Assembly (NCBI GenBank): GCA_963682135.1
Contig: OY821645.1
Span: 2,656,001-2,720,000 of the forward strand
Direction: 5' to 3'
Source of the DNA: Methanothrix sp.
GTDB taxonomy: Archaea > Halobacteriota > Methanosarcinia > Methanotrichales > Methanotrichaceae
DNA: 64,000 nucleotides
Both the position numbers and the translations under genes were made by a program. This document shows, one piece after another, positions 19,467 to 30,541 of the stretch. The notes beneath the pieces were generated by a model, which worked only from the letters and a program-made list of their open reading frames with translations, had not been told where the DNA came from and ran no database searches. Numbering within the stretch: the first letter of the stretch is position 1; the number at the start of each line of letters is the position of its first letter.

Positions 19467-20948
19467 TCATCTGCATATGCTCACCAGTCGACTGACTCCG
19501 TCGCTTGTTATCATGCCTATTAACCTTTGATTGCCATCCACCACCGGAAGAGCCGAGATATTATGCTCATTCATGCGCTTGGCGGCTCGCTCGATTGGAT
19601 CTTCCTGAGCGGAGATGACCACCTTGCGGGTCATTATCTCCTCCAGCAGAGTGTACTTCAAGGCCACAGCCTTGGATACATCCCAGGCGGTGACAATCCC
19701 AACCAGCTTTCCTTCTGCGTTGATTACGGGCAGGTGAGTTACGCCCTCGTTCATCATGATTCCGGCTGCCTCCTCTACGCTGGAGCCCTGTTGGATGGTT
19801 ACTAGCTCTTTGATCATCACATCACCAACTGATCTGCGGGAGAGGAAATTTTGGATGGTATAATTCATCTGCCCGGATTCCAGGAGAAAAGCATCATGCC
19901 CGTAGTTTGATCGGATTGTGCAATGACGCACATCGATATCATTGGCACTGATAGCCTCAGCGATCTCTTTGCACTGGTAAGGCGGATAAAGCCAGTCTGA
20001 GCTAATGGATATGACCAGGAACTTTGTCTTGGCGCCCTTAAAGGCCTCAGCCAAAGAGAGAGTGCCATTCTTTGTCAGGTCGAAGTAGTCTATGGCCTTG
20101 GTGATGTAAAGATAGGAATTGGCATCGAAGCGCTTCACAAAGGCATCACCGTGGTAGCTCAGATAGCTCTCAACCTGAAAGTCCAGAGATGCGAGATCAA
20201 AGCCGAATTCTTTTTTGCCCTGCAAGCGCCGACCGAACTTCTGATGCATGGACTCGTCGCTGAGGTATGTGATATGCCCGATCATCCTGGCCAGAGAGAG
20301 ACCGCGAGCTGGAGGAGTTCGTCCGAAATAGTTGCCATTGTTCCAGTCCGGGTCTGAGGTTATGGCTCTGCGCCCCACCTCATTGAAAGCAATCTGCTGG
20401 GGTGAGGAGTAGGCGCTGGTGGCTATGGGCACGGCGAGACGCACCATCTCCGGGTAGGATATGCACCATTGCAAAACTTGCATTCCGCCAAAGGATCCGC
20501 CAATGACTGCAAATAGCTTATCTATACCTAGGTGATCCAGGAGCCTCTTTTGGACGTCCACCATATCTTTCAGCGTGATGAAGGGAAAGTCCAGGCTGTA
20601 AGGCTTTCCAGTCCTGGGATTAAGAGAGGAGGGACCTGTAGTCCCTTTGCATCCGCCCAGTACATTGGAGCATATGATAAAGAATTTATCGGTATCCAGA
20701 GCTTTACCTGGGCCGATGATAATGTCCCACCAGCCTGGTTTCTCTTCATTCTTATGCCAGCCACCAGCATGAGCGTCTCCGGAGAGAGCGTGGCAGATGA
20801 GGATGGCATTGCTCTTTTCTTTATTCAGAAGGCCATAGGTCTCGTAAGCAACTCTGGCCCCGTCGAGCCGGCCGCCATGCTCCAGGACTATCTCTTCTGG
20901 AATATGATAGCATTGAGTCTCAACTTGGCCCGCAGATTCGCGTTTCAT
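19467..20948 (-). CDS. metX: Homoserine O-acetyltransferase with C-terminal CBS pair
   Basis: HALSG, GGSFGG nucleophile elbow, GHDAFL; two CBS domains. Confidence 0.9.
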   Translation of the reverse strand: MKRESAGQVETQCYHIPEEIVLEHGGRLDGARVAYETYGLLNKEKSNAILICHALSGDAHAGGWHKNEEKPGWWDIIIGPGKALDTDKFFIICSNVLGGCKGTTGPSSLNPRTGKPYSLDFPFITLKDMVDVQKRLLDHLGIDKLFAVIGGSFGGMQVLQWCISYPEMVRLAVPIATSAYSSPQQIAFNEVGRRAITSDPDWNNGNYFGRTPPARGLSLARMIGHITYLSDESMHQKFGRRLQGKKEFGFDLASLDFQVESYLSYHGDAFVKRFDANSYLYITKAIDYFDLTKNGTLSLAEAFKGAKTKFLVISISSDWLYPPYQCKEIAEAISANDIDVRHCTIRSNYGHDAFLLESGQMNYTIQNFLSRRSVGDVMIKELVTIQQGSSVEEAAGIMMNEGVTHLPVINAEGKLVGIVTAWDVSKAVALKYTLLEEIMTRKVVISAQEDPIERAAKRMNEHNISALPVVDGNQRLIGMITSDGVSRLVSICR

Positions 20949-20963
20949 TTGAAATCTCTCTAA

Positions 20964-21605
20964 TTAAGGATAAACAATCATCTTCAAGGCGGTTTTATCT
21001 GCCGTAACTATGTTATTTTCATCCAGAGGAACCTCTTTAACTATTCCACCGGCAACCTCAACAGCCAGGAATTCTGTGTAATGCACCAGTGAAGAGACAA
21101 TCACGCTGTCACCCTTCTTAACAATGGACTGAGTTATAGCCTGAAATCCTCTACGGGCACCGGGGACGACCCGAGCCTGATCCATGTTCAGGAACTTGGC
21201 CAGATCCTGGTGGAACTCCTCAATTGGAGGACGGGTGATTTTATCGAGCCGGAAGGGCTTTCGGCAGTAGTCGCAGGTAGAGTAACCATCTCCATAAGAT
21301 ATGATGGCCTTGCGCGCCTCGGGCGTAAGCCTGCCCGCCGCCTGGATGGAGTGGATGTTTATGAACTCCTCTTCCCTGGTCCTTGGTTCGAGCTTTCCTA
21401 CCCTGTTGCAGGCTGGTTTGCCTTCACCTTTCTCCAAGTCGGAGATGATGCTCTTAATCCTCGTAATAGTATTGGAAAAGTCCTCTTGCTGCACCTCATC
21501 AAAACCTGCCGGTAGAGATTGCCTGAAGATCTCTCTGATATCCTCCAGGGCAAAGAGTGCCTCATATGTTTTCTGAATCTGTAGACTCTTTATGGATTCG
21601 CTCAC
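20964..21605 (-). pseudogene. pscS: Truncated Sep-tRNA:Cys-tRNA synthase with N-terminal SepCysE-like extension
   Basis: IQAAGRLTPEARKA, GDGYSTCDYC, PGARRGF, HYTE; stops at 213 aa, before the PLP-lysine region. Confidence 0.85.
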
Positions 21606-22016
21606 CTAATTTGGCCTCCAAAAACCATTATTCTGCATATCCAACAAATTTTCGTCAGTTTGACCCTTGTGAATCGACTTGTCAAAACTCGACGGCTAAC
21701 TTATTTAAGAACTGAGATTGAGGCAAAAATTACCTTGAGCAAGACTATTTCATCTTGCTCTGGGCTCAAGAAAGGTTTCTTCCGGTTATGACGATATTGG
21801 CACATTGCAGGAGTAACGGCGCAAAGAAAGGCATTGGCGGGCGGCTTTGGACTGAATGCCAGGGGCACATTTTTGTGGCTCTGGTGATCATGGCTTTGGC
21901 GACAACCATGATCTCAGGCCTGGCCCTTTCCTGGCACATGAAGACGAGGCCGCTGAGCTGAAAGGTTTGGGAGAGACAATACCTTTGCACAAGAAAATAG
22001 GATCTATTCTTGGCGG

Positions 22017-22244
22017 TTATAGCAGATCTTGCAGCTCTTCTCTGCTAATCCCCGCATCTTCCAGGATCTGAATAAGAGTCCCTCTGGCTACTTCTTGATT
22101 GCTATGGTAAGGAACTGTGACTCTTCTTTTCGTTTCCGGATGGGCAAAGATGTAATGGCTGCCAGTAACTCGCCTCAATACGAATCCATTCTTCTCAAGA
22201 ATCGCTATGATTTTTAGAGGAGAAAGAGATGGCAGCTTAGGCAT
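22017..22244 (-). CDS. hicA: HicA family toxin
   Basis: L.KNGF...GSH......VTVPYH....GTL..IL. Confidence 0.9.
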   Translation of the reverse strand: MPKLPSLSPLKIIAILEKNGFVLRRVTGSHYIFAHPETKRRVTVPYHSNQEVARGTLIQILEDAGISREELQDLL

Positions 22245-22470
22245 GGGCCTCCACGGTCAGCCTGCATTCGATGAGTTCCTCATCCGTAGGAACAGCCTCG
22301 CCATCTTCGATGAGGCTCTCGACATATCCTGTGATTGCATCCCTAGCCATTTCGATGGCCTCTTCCACGGTCTTCCCGTAAGTGACGCATCCGGGAAGTG
22401 CCGGGACCAGCACGGTATAGCCACCTTCGGGTTCCTTGCGCAGATTAATTCGATAGCTCAGAGTTCTCAT
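22237..22470 (-). CDS. hicB: HicB family antitoxin (short form, no DNA-binding domain)
   Basis: EGGYTV.VPALPGCVTYG.TVEEA; overlaps the hicA start. Confidence 0.9.
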   Translation of the reverse strand: MRTLSYRINLRKEPEGGYTVLVPALPGCVTYGKTVEEAIEMARDAITGYVESLIEDGEAVPTDEELIECRLTVEAHA

Positions 22471-22682
22471 GCCTAACATAAACTCTTGATAATGAAATAT
22501 ACCTTGCGGCTATCATGGCATACTCTTAAATGATGGTGGGGTTGGCAGAGGCTCCGCTCGCAAGCGCGGGCGCTTGGGGTCGGGCATGGAATAAAGCCGA
22601 GTAATAGAGCATCTCCATCTTTGCACTTGTTCACTCAGAAGATCGCAAAATTCATTACTTTGCATTGAGATCCCTCATTAAG

Positions 22683-23720
22683 ATGGACAAATTTGCATGT
22701 ATCAGCACGGCCTTTGCGGGAATCGGAACAGCCTATGCAATAAGAAACTATATAAAAACACTGAAGGACTATTTGGAACCGACACTAATTCGCACTAAAC
22801 GAAGGATTCAAAACAGATATTTTGAATACGATATGGATCAGGATGGTGATATTCTGTTATGGAGGGATCTACTGAAAAAAAAGTTCAGCAACCCAACTTC
22901 AAAAATATTAGTGGAACCTGATCGACCTTTGAGAGTTGGTGACATGGTTGAGCTTAATAACGCTAATATCACGAGGTGGGTTCCTCTTTTTCCTGGAAAA
23001 AAATATAGCAATGAAGGCGAAATAATTAGCAAGAAACATGAAACAGAATTTCCGAATTATCACGAATATGGCTTAGAGGAAGAATTGATATCAAGAAACA
23101 ATGCCCAAGTATTATCTGGGTGTGCTACTACCCGAATCTTGCCGTTTAATAAGGAAGTACTGCTATGTGCTTCTGGAGAATTATGTGAAACTGGTATTCC
23201 AATGATTTTAACTGAACGGATGTATTCAGATACACTTCAAAGTATGATTTCAAAGGATGGCGGTGCAAAGGGAAAAATAATAGGAACGTTAGTGGAGCTA
23301 CCTGGTGAATGGAAGGATCGTTTAGATAGAAATTCCACAAATAAATTAGATAAAAATATTTATGGTTTGCCACGTCTATCATTAATAGTAAATCAAATCA
23401 GCCAGCTTGGTACGCCAAGTTTGGTTTTTGCAGATGCTTGGACCCAATTTATCAATTCTGATCTTGGGTATTCATCAATGATAAATTCCCTCTTTAAACC
23501 AACTCTTCTTGATGATATCGATAATTCGATAAATATGCTCGTGAATTACGAAAAATTTCTTGAAAGTAGCTTGATTGGAGGAGATTGGGATATTGATGTA
23601 GAGTTTGATGAGACGAGAAATTGGTTTGCACCTGGTAATTATAAAATTTTTAATCTGAGTGAAGTAGATCTATTTAGGATATACTATATGAATCCGTGGG
23701 GCAGAATGAGAATTTCTTGA
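22683..23720 (+). CDS. AT-rich hypothetical protein
   Basis: 345-codon ORF in visibly AT-rich DNA; no family recognised. Confidence 0.7.
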   Translation: MDKFACISTAFAGIGTAYAIRNYIKTLKDYLEPTLIRTKRRIQNRYFEYDMDQDGDILLWRDLLKKKFSNPTSKILVEPDRPLRVGDMVELNNANITRWVPLFPGKKYSNEGEIISKKHETEFPNYHEYGLEEELISRNNAQVLSGCATTRILPFNKEVLLCASGELCETGIPMILTERMYSDTLQSMISKDGGAKGKIIGTLVELPGEWKDRLDRNSTNKLDKNIYGLPRLSLIVNQISQLGTPSLVFADAWTQFINSDLGYSSMINSLFKPTLLDDIDNSINMLVNYEKFLESSLIGGDWDIDVEFDETRNWFAPGNYKIFNLSEVDLFRIYYMNPWGRMRIS

Positions 23721-24024
23721 AAACTCATTATTAATTTTATCGTAATACCCGATGCTCGCATCGGTGATAAAGTGCATACGTATTCAACTTAGGCTTGGTA
23801 TCAATGCATCTTGGTTCCAGCTTCATGCGGCGGTGCCTCGGATGACTACCAGCTTACTGTGTGGGTGTACCGCAGCGGTTTCACTTGCGGATATATTTAA
23901 TATTTTTCCATCATTATTTCTTGAGCCTCTTAGTAGTATTATCATTTTGTCTCCCCCGTCCTTGCCGCAATCCAAACCTTCATTACCCCTTTCCCACCGT
24001 CCATCACAGTTTAGAGACCTCCAG

Positions 24025-24243
24025 ATGACCGCGCCTGCACCAAGCATCGACTACGCCGCCCTGAAGTCCGGCGGCATCATCATGCAAAAGGACGATGATT
24101 TATTCGCCCTACCCCTGCGCCTGCCCGGTGGCTGCATCGCTTCCAACCTTCTCCCAAAAATAGACGAGGTGGCCAAAAAATGCGGTCCGGTGGAAGTTCG
24201 CCTCACCACCAGGGCAGAGATGGAGATTCCCTGGATCAAATGA
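24025..24243 (+). pseudogene. N-terminal fragment of a nitrite/sulfite reductase-like (Dsr-LP) protein
   Basis: IDYAALKSGGII.QK..DLF...LRLPGG...V.LTTR..MEIPWI, then tandem TGA. Confidence 0.75.
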
Positions 24244-24557
24244 TGCAAACCTGATCGTGGGCAGAAATGAAAACAAGAACAATATGCTCAGCATGCCGGC
24301 GAAGGTTGGCGATTACCTGTTTGCTCTGGCTAGCATCATCGTTCCGAACGCTGTTGGCAAAGGCTCATTTTCTCCCCACCTCCTGCATCTCGCCTGCCGC
24401 ATTATGGCCCGCTACTCTGACCGATTGGGGGAAAAGAATGCTGATATTTCCTGCCGGAGACTTCCCAAGAGCGATGAGGAGACGATTTGTGAATGATCTG
24501 GTTGTGGCCGATTCGATATATAGAGACTGAGAATGCGGCAAGAAAAAATTATCAGCG

Positions 24558-24854
24558 TCAACTGCCAGCTTGTGCCTCAGACTTGATCCTGATCTCTGAT
24601 TTCATGCGCTCCAGCATGCCCTGTTCCATGTTGGCCTTCTCGCAATGCGACGCCACCTTGGGATTGCAGTTCATCAAGACATCCATGGCCATATTTGCCA
24701 GAGAATTGCATCCGCAATCTTCCAGATCGGACAAGAACAGAGACATGCGATTGGCAAATTCCCGGCATTTCTCATAGTTTGCGATGGCATCGCTATGCAA
24801 TTTGCATAATAATTCGATTTCTTCTTCCTTCTCCGCCCAATTTATATCGTCCAT
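24558..24854 (-). CDS. Small helical Cys-containing hypothetical protein
   Basis: GGAGGG SD and ATG; clean ORF. Confidence 0.65.
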   Translation of the reverse strand: MDDINWAEKEEEIELLCKLHSDAIANYEKCREFANRMSLFLSDLEDCGCNSLANMAMDVLMNCNPKVASHCEKANMEQGMLERMKSEIRIKSEAQAGS

Positions 24855-24949
24855 AGCCCTCCGGCAAGTGAAATAATGATGAACGTCAATTATCTTTGCC
24901 GCAATCTACAGTTATTTGTGCTTCCAGTGAAGATGAATGTATTGGACGT

Positions 24950-25020
24950 GCCGGGGTGACTGACCGGTTAAGTGCGCGGCTGCAGACCGCGAGAATTGGG
25001 TTCGACTCCCAACCCCGGCC
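24950..25020 (+). tRNA. Non-canonical tRNA-Cys(GCA) or tRNA-like element
   Basis: Stems GCCGGGG/CCCCGGC, ACT/AGT, CGCGG-CTGCAGA-CCGCG and TTGGG-TTCGACT-CCCAA; discriminator C. Confidence 0.85.
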
Positions 25021-25022
25021 TT

Positions 25023-26468
25023 ATGTTGATCAATAGCACCATGAGCGGCAAGAAGGAGCCTTTCTTGCCTATTCATGACAATCGCGTTAACCTCTTTGTA
25101 TGCGGTCCAACCGTTTATGACAATTCGCATATCGGCCATGCCAGAACCTATATCTTCTTTGATGTGGTGGCACGCTACCTCAAGCACATTGGTTTTAGCG
25201 TCTTTTATCTGCAAAATATCACCGATGTGGACGACAAGATAATTGACCGGGCAGCCCTGCAGGGCATCTCGCCCCGACTGCTGGCACGCACCTTCGAAGA
25301 GAAATACCGTGAGGACATGCAGGCATTGGGCGTGACCAGCATCAACTACTATGCCCGCGCCTCAGAGCATATTCCTGAGATCATCAGCCAAATTAGCAGG
25401 CTGATTGAGAAGGGTTTTGCCTATGAGACACAGACCGGTGTGTACTTTGACGAATCCCGTTTCAAGGACTTTGGAAAGCTCTCTCATCAGAGCCTGGAAG
25501 ACCTGGAAAAACACAGGATTGAGCCGGATCCGACCAAGAGAAATCCTGGGGACTTCTCGCTGTGGAAGAAGCGGCAGGACGGCCCGGAGGTCACCTGGGA
25601 CTCGCCCTGGGGAAAGGGCAGACCTGGTTGGCATATCGAGGACACGGCCATCACTGAGAGCTATTTCGGGGCGCAGTACGATATTCATGGCGGAGCCATG
25701 GACCTGATCTTTCCTCACCACGAGGCTGAGATCGCCCAGATGGAGGCGACATCCGGCAAAAAGCCGCTGGTGAGATTCTGGATGCACACCGGCTTTCTCA
25801 ACGTCAACGGCGAGAAGATGTCAAAATCGTTGGGCAACTTCACCACCATCCGGGAGATGCTGGCGAAGTTCGATGCCGATTCGTTCCGCTTCTTTGTGCT
25901 CTCCTCCCATTATCATAGCCCGATCGACTTCTCAGAGTCGGCTTTAGAGCAGTCGAGAAAGAGCCTGGAGCGCATTCGCCAGGCGGCAAAGGCCATCGAG
26001 GAGGAACTGGAAAGGACGCCACAGTCTGCGAACGAGGCATCCCTGAAAGACGAAGCAGATGATGCGGGAATGGCTGAATTCAAGGCCAAGTTTCTCGATT
26101 CGATGGACAACGACTTCAACACTCCCTATGCCCTGAAAGCCGTCTTCGAGCTGGTAAGAGAGGTCAACCGCCGCATAAACGAGAGGACCATCTCCAAAGA
26201 AAGCCTGAGCGAGGCAGGACGACTGCTGGATGATTTCGGGCGAATACTCGGCATCAGCTTTTCGCCTGCAAAGTGCGGGCACTCTGAAGGTTTCGGGAAT
26301 AACCAGGATCTTACTGGCAATCTAATTGAACTGTTGATTGATGTAAGGCAGAAACTGCGAGATAAAAAGGATTGGGCTCTGGCCGACGAGATCAGAAACC
26401 GGTTAAACGAGCACGGCATCGTCCTGGAAGACGCTAAGTCCGGCGGAGGAAGATACTCGATCAAATGA
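25023..26468 (+). CDS. cysS: Cysteinyl-tRNA synthetase (variant with WHIED)
   Basis: CGPTVY, HIGH, KMSKS, FPHHE, DDFNTP-like motif and anticodon-binding helices. Confidence 0.95.
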   Translation: MLINSTMSGKKEPFLPIHDNRVNLFVCGPTVYDNSHIGHARTYIFFDVVARYLKHIGFSVFYLQNITDVDDKIIDRAALQGISPRLLARTFEEKYREDMQALGVTSINYYARASEHIPEIISQISRLIEKGFAYETQTGVYFDESRFKDFGKLSHQSLEDLEKHRIEPDPTKRNPGDFSLWKKRQDGPEVTWDSPWGKGRPGWHIEDTAITESYFGAQYDIHGGAMDLIFPHHEAEIAQMEATSGKKPLVRFWMHTGFLNVNGEKMSKSLGNFTTIREMLAKFDADSFRFFVLSSHYHSPIDFSESALEQSRKSLERIRQAAKAIEEELERTPQSANEASLKDEADDAGMAEFKAKFLDSMDNDFNTPYALKAVFELVREVNRRINERTISKESLSEAGRLLDDFGRILGISFSPAKCGHSEGFGNNQDLTGNLIELLIDVRQKLRDKKDWALADEIRNRLNEHGIVLEDAKSGGGRYSIK

Positions 26469-26603
26469 TTATAATTGGGGTCAATATTGCCGCAATCGCA
26501 GACTTGATAATGGATCAGGTTGCAGGACAGATTGGTGAAATGAAAATGAGGGATCGACTTTGCAGAAACCAAAAATGAATCGACCAGCACGAAGATAGAG
26601 CAC

Positions 26604-26825
26604 TTGCCACCATCGGCAAAGCTTGTCTTTAAGGTGCTGGAATCAGGCAGCCTTCTCACGCAAAAAGATATCGTCGCCAAGACCTATCTTCCGCAAAGGA
26701 CCGTAAGGTATGCCCTGAACCGATTGAAGGAACAACATATCCTTCAAGAGCGCTTCTATTTCCAGGATGCGCGCCAGAGCCTCTATGGACTGAGTCCCGA
26801 AACCCAGGAGGTGGTGGCAGAGTAA
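26604..26825 (+). CDS. Small winged-helix DNA-binding protein
   Basis: LPPSAKLVFKVL..G.LTQKDI...LP.RTVRYAL.RL...DARQSLY. Confidence 0.85.
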   Translation: MPPSAKLVFKVLESGSLLTQKDIVAKTYLPQRTVRYALNRLKEQHILQERFYFQDARQSLYGLSPETQEVVAE

Positions 26826-27063
26826 ATGACAATGCAATTCACTCATGGTATTTATCAGAAGTTGCAGCTCCACCTTTCTAGCCTTATCATTTATGTCTTA
26901 GTATTCGTCTTCGCCTTCAAGAGCTCCATTTGCCAAGAAGCTTTCAGAGCATCTACGGTTAGTGATTCAGTCCTTCATCCGATCTCGTTCACCAAGGATA
27001 TGGCAATAAAAAATGACTGCCCAGATTTATACCCGGGCGAATGACAATATGCCGATAGCAGCT

Positions 27064-28563
<1,500 letters not shown>

Positions 28564-28582
28564 TTAAATGAGAGGTTTACTT

Positions 28583-29512
28583 ATGGGAAGGATCTATGAA
28601 GATCTAACCAAGACCATTGGCAATACGCCTCTGGTAAGATTGAACAGAATCACGAAGGGCCTGGATGCTACCGTGCTGGTAAAGCTGGAATCATTCAATC
28701 CCTTGAGCAGCGTCAAAGACCGAATCGGCGTCTCCATGATTGAGGCAGCAGAAAAGGCGGGCCATATCAAGGAGGATACCATTATCCTTGAGCCTACTAG
28801 CGGCAATACCGGAATCGCTCTGGCTTTTGTCAGCGCCGCCAAGGGCTACAAGCTGACCCTCGTCATGCCTGAAACCATGTCTATTGAGCGGCGAAAGCTG
28901 CTCAAGGCTCTGGGCGCTGATCTGGTCCTCACTCCAGGAAGCCAGGGAATGAAGGGAGCAGTGAGTACGGCAGAAGAAATGCTTGTTAAAGATCCTCGCT
29001 TCTACTACATCCCCCAGCAGTTTAGAAATCCGTCCAATCCCGAGGTCCACCGCAAGACCACGGCAGAGGAGATCTGGCGGGATACAGACGGAATGGTGGA
29101 CATTCTCGTAGCTGGTGTGGGCACCGGCGGAACCATAACCGGAATTGCTGATGTCATAAAGTCCAGGAAGCCTGGCTTCAAGGCAGTGGCAGTCGAGCCA
29201 TCTGCCTCCCCGGTTCTCTCCGGAGGCAAACCGGGACCGCACAAAATCCAGGGATTGGCGCCGGGATTCGTGCCCGACGTTCTCAAGCTCGACCTGGTGG
29301 ATGAGATAGTCAAAGTGGAGTACGAGGATGCAGTAAAAACTGCTCGCCGCCTGGCAAGAGAAGAAGGCATCTTGGTCGGCATCTCCTCAGGAGCCGCCGC
29401 CTGGGCTGGACTGGAGCTGGCAGCAAGACCGGAGAATAAAGGGAAGCAGATTGTGGTAATCCTCCCCGACACCGGAGAGCGCTACCTCAGCACCGAGCTA
29501 TTCGAATTCTAG
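28583..29512 (+). CDS. cysK: Cysteine synthase A
   Basis: [24 protein letters not shown]; GAGG SD. Confidence 0.95.
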   Translation: MGRIYEDLTKTIGNTPLVRLNRITKGLDATVLVKLESFNPLSSVKDRIGVSMIEAAEKAGHIKEDTIILEPTSGNTGIALAFVSAAKGYKLTLVMPETMSIERRKLLKALGADLVLTPGSQGMKGAVSTAEEMLVKDPRFYYIPQQFRNPSNPEVHRKTTAEEIWRDTDGMVDILVAGVGTGGTITGIADVIKSRKPGFKAVAVEPSASPVLSGGKPGPHKIQGLAPGFVPDVLKLDLVDEIVKVEYEDAVKTARRLAREEGILVGISSGAAAWAGLELAARPENKGKQIVVILPDTGERYLSTELFEF

Positions 29513-29525
29513 GGGTGGGCAGGAG

Positions 29526-30482
29526 ATGAGCATCAGAGAGGATATCCGGACCATCTTTGCCAAGGACCCCGCTGCCAAGTCTACCCTAGAAGTAATCACC
29601 TGCTATCCGGGGCTGCATGCCATCTGGATGCACCGGATCTCTCACTTCCTCTGGGCTCATAAACTCTTTTTTCTAGCCAGATTCAGCTCCCATATCAGCC
29701 GATTCCTGACAGGCGTCGAGATCCACCCCGGAGCAAAAATCGGCAAGCGGTTCTTCATCGATCACGGCATGGGGGTGGTCATAGGCGAGACAGCCGAGGT
29801 AGGAGATGATGTGTTGATGTACATGGGAACGGTCCTGGGCGGAACCAGTCTCGACAAAGTCAAGCGCCATCCCACGGTCGAGGACCGGGTGGTCATCGGC
29901 GCTGGCTCCATCATACTTGGACCGATCACCATAGGAAACGGCGCCAAGATCGGAGCAGGTTCGGTGGTGGTTCGGTCTGTGCCTGCGGGAGCAACTGTGG
30001 TAGGTGTGCCTGGAAGAATCGCCGAACCGGAATGCCCGGCAACAGGAACGGATCTGAACTATGCCAATCTGCCCGATCCCATGCTGCGAGTGGTAAGCAG
30101 ACTGCTCGACCGGCAAAACCGACTGGAGGAGCGGCTGCGCTCTCTGCAAAAAGCTATGAGCGGGCCGGAGGCGGAGATGCTGGTGGCCCAAATGAAAAAA
30201 GAAGAGGAGATTCGAGAGGCTTTGCGGGATGTTCTCGACCCTGAGGTGGGCATAGATATCGTGGACCTGGGACTGATCAAAGATATAATCATTCGCAGCG
30301 AGGATACTGTGGAGGTGAACATGGTGCTGACCTCCCAGGTTTGCCCCATGGTCAGCCACCTCACAGAGCAGGTAAAAAGGCGCGTGAAAGGCCTCAACGG
30401 CATTCGACAGGTTGAGGTTAGGGTCTTAGATGAGCCCTGGAACTGGGAATACTTCGTCAAGCAGCAGAAATCGAGGGCTTAG
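29526..30482 (+). CDS. cysE: Serine O-acetyltransferase fused to a C-terminal DUF59/SufT-like domain
   Basis: DPAA, EIHPGA, FIDHG, KRHPT; C-terminal [14 protein letters not shown]...LTS..CP. Confidence 0.9.
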   Translation: MSIREDIRTIFAKDPAAKSTLEVITCYPGLHAIWMHRISHFLWAHKLFFLARFSSHISRFLTGVEIHPGAKIGKRFFIDHGMGVVIGETAEVGDDVLMYMGTVLGGTSLDKVKRHPTVEDRVVIGAGSIILGPITIGNGAKIGAGSVVVRSVPAGATVVGVPGRIAEPECPATGTDLNYANLPDPMLRVVSRLLDRQNRLEERLRSLQKAMSGPEAEMLVAQMKKEEEIREALRDVLDPEVGIDIVDLGLIKDIIIRSEDTVEVNMVLTSQVCPMVSHLTEQVKRRVKGLNGIRQVEVRVLDEPWNWEYFVKQQKSRA

Positions 30483-30541
30483 GTATGGCTGAATTTTAGA
30501 GCCCAAAACTTATTTACCCTCTCACAAAGCTTCTCCCTGCC

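Noticed and set aside
21755-21961. Short hydrophobic ORF, possibly a transporter C-terminal fragment
   Set aside because: No recognisable motif or convincing start.
21985-22020. hicA ends in TAAC, as integron cassette genes do
   Set aside because: The downstream hairpin is short and terminator-like; no attC R'/L boxes or integrase.
24241-24246. TGATGA as possible selenocysteine readthrough
   Set aside because: The position is not a Cys site, no homology is visible beyond it, and no SECIS is evident.
24257-24530. Short overlapping ORFs after the reductase fragment
   Set aside because: I could not see a continuation of the reductase or any known family.
24972-25022. ORF-track N-terminal extension of cysS
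   Set aside because: It is the tRNA sequence read in frame; homology begins at ATG 25023.
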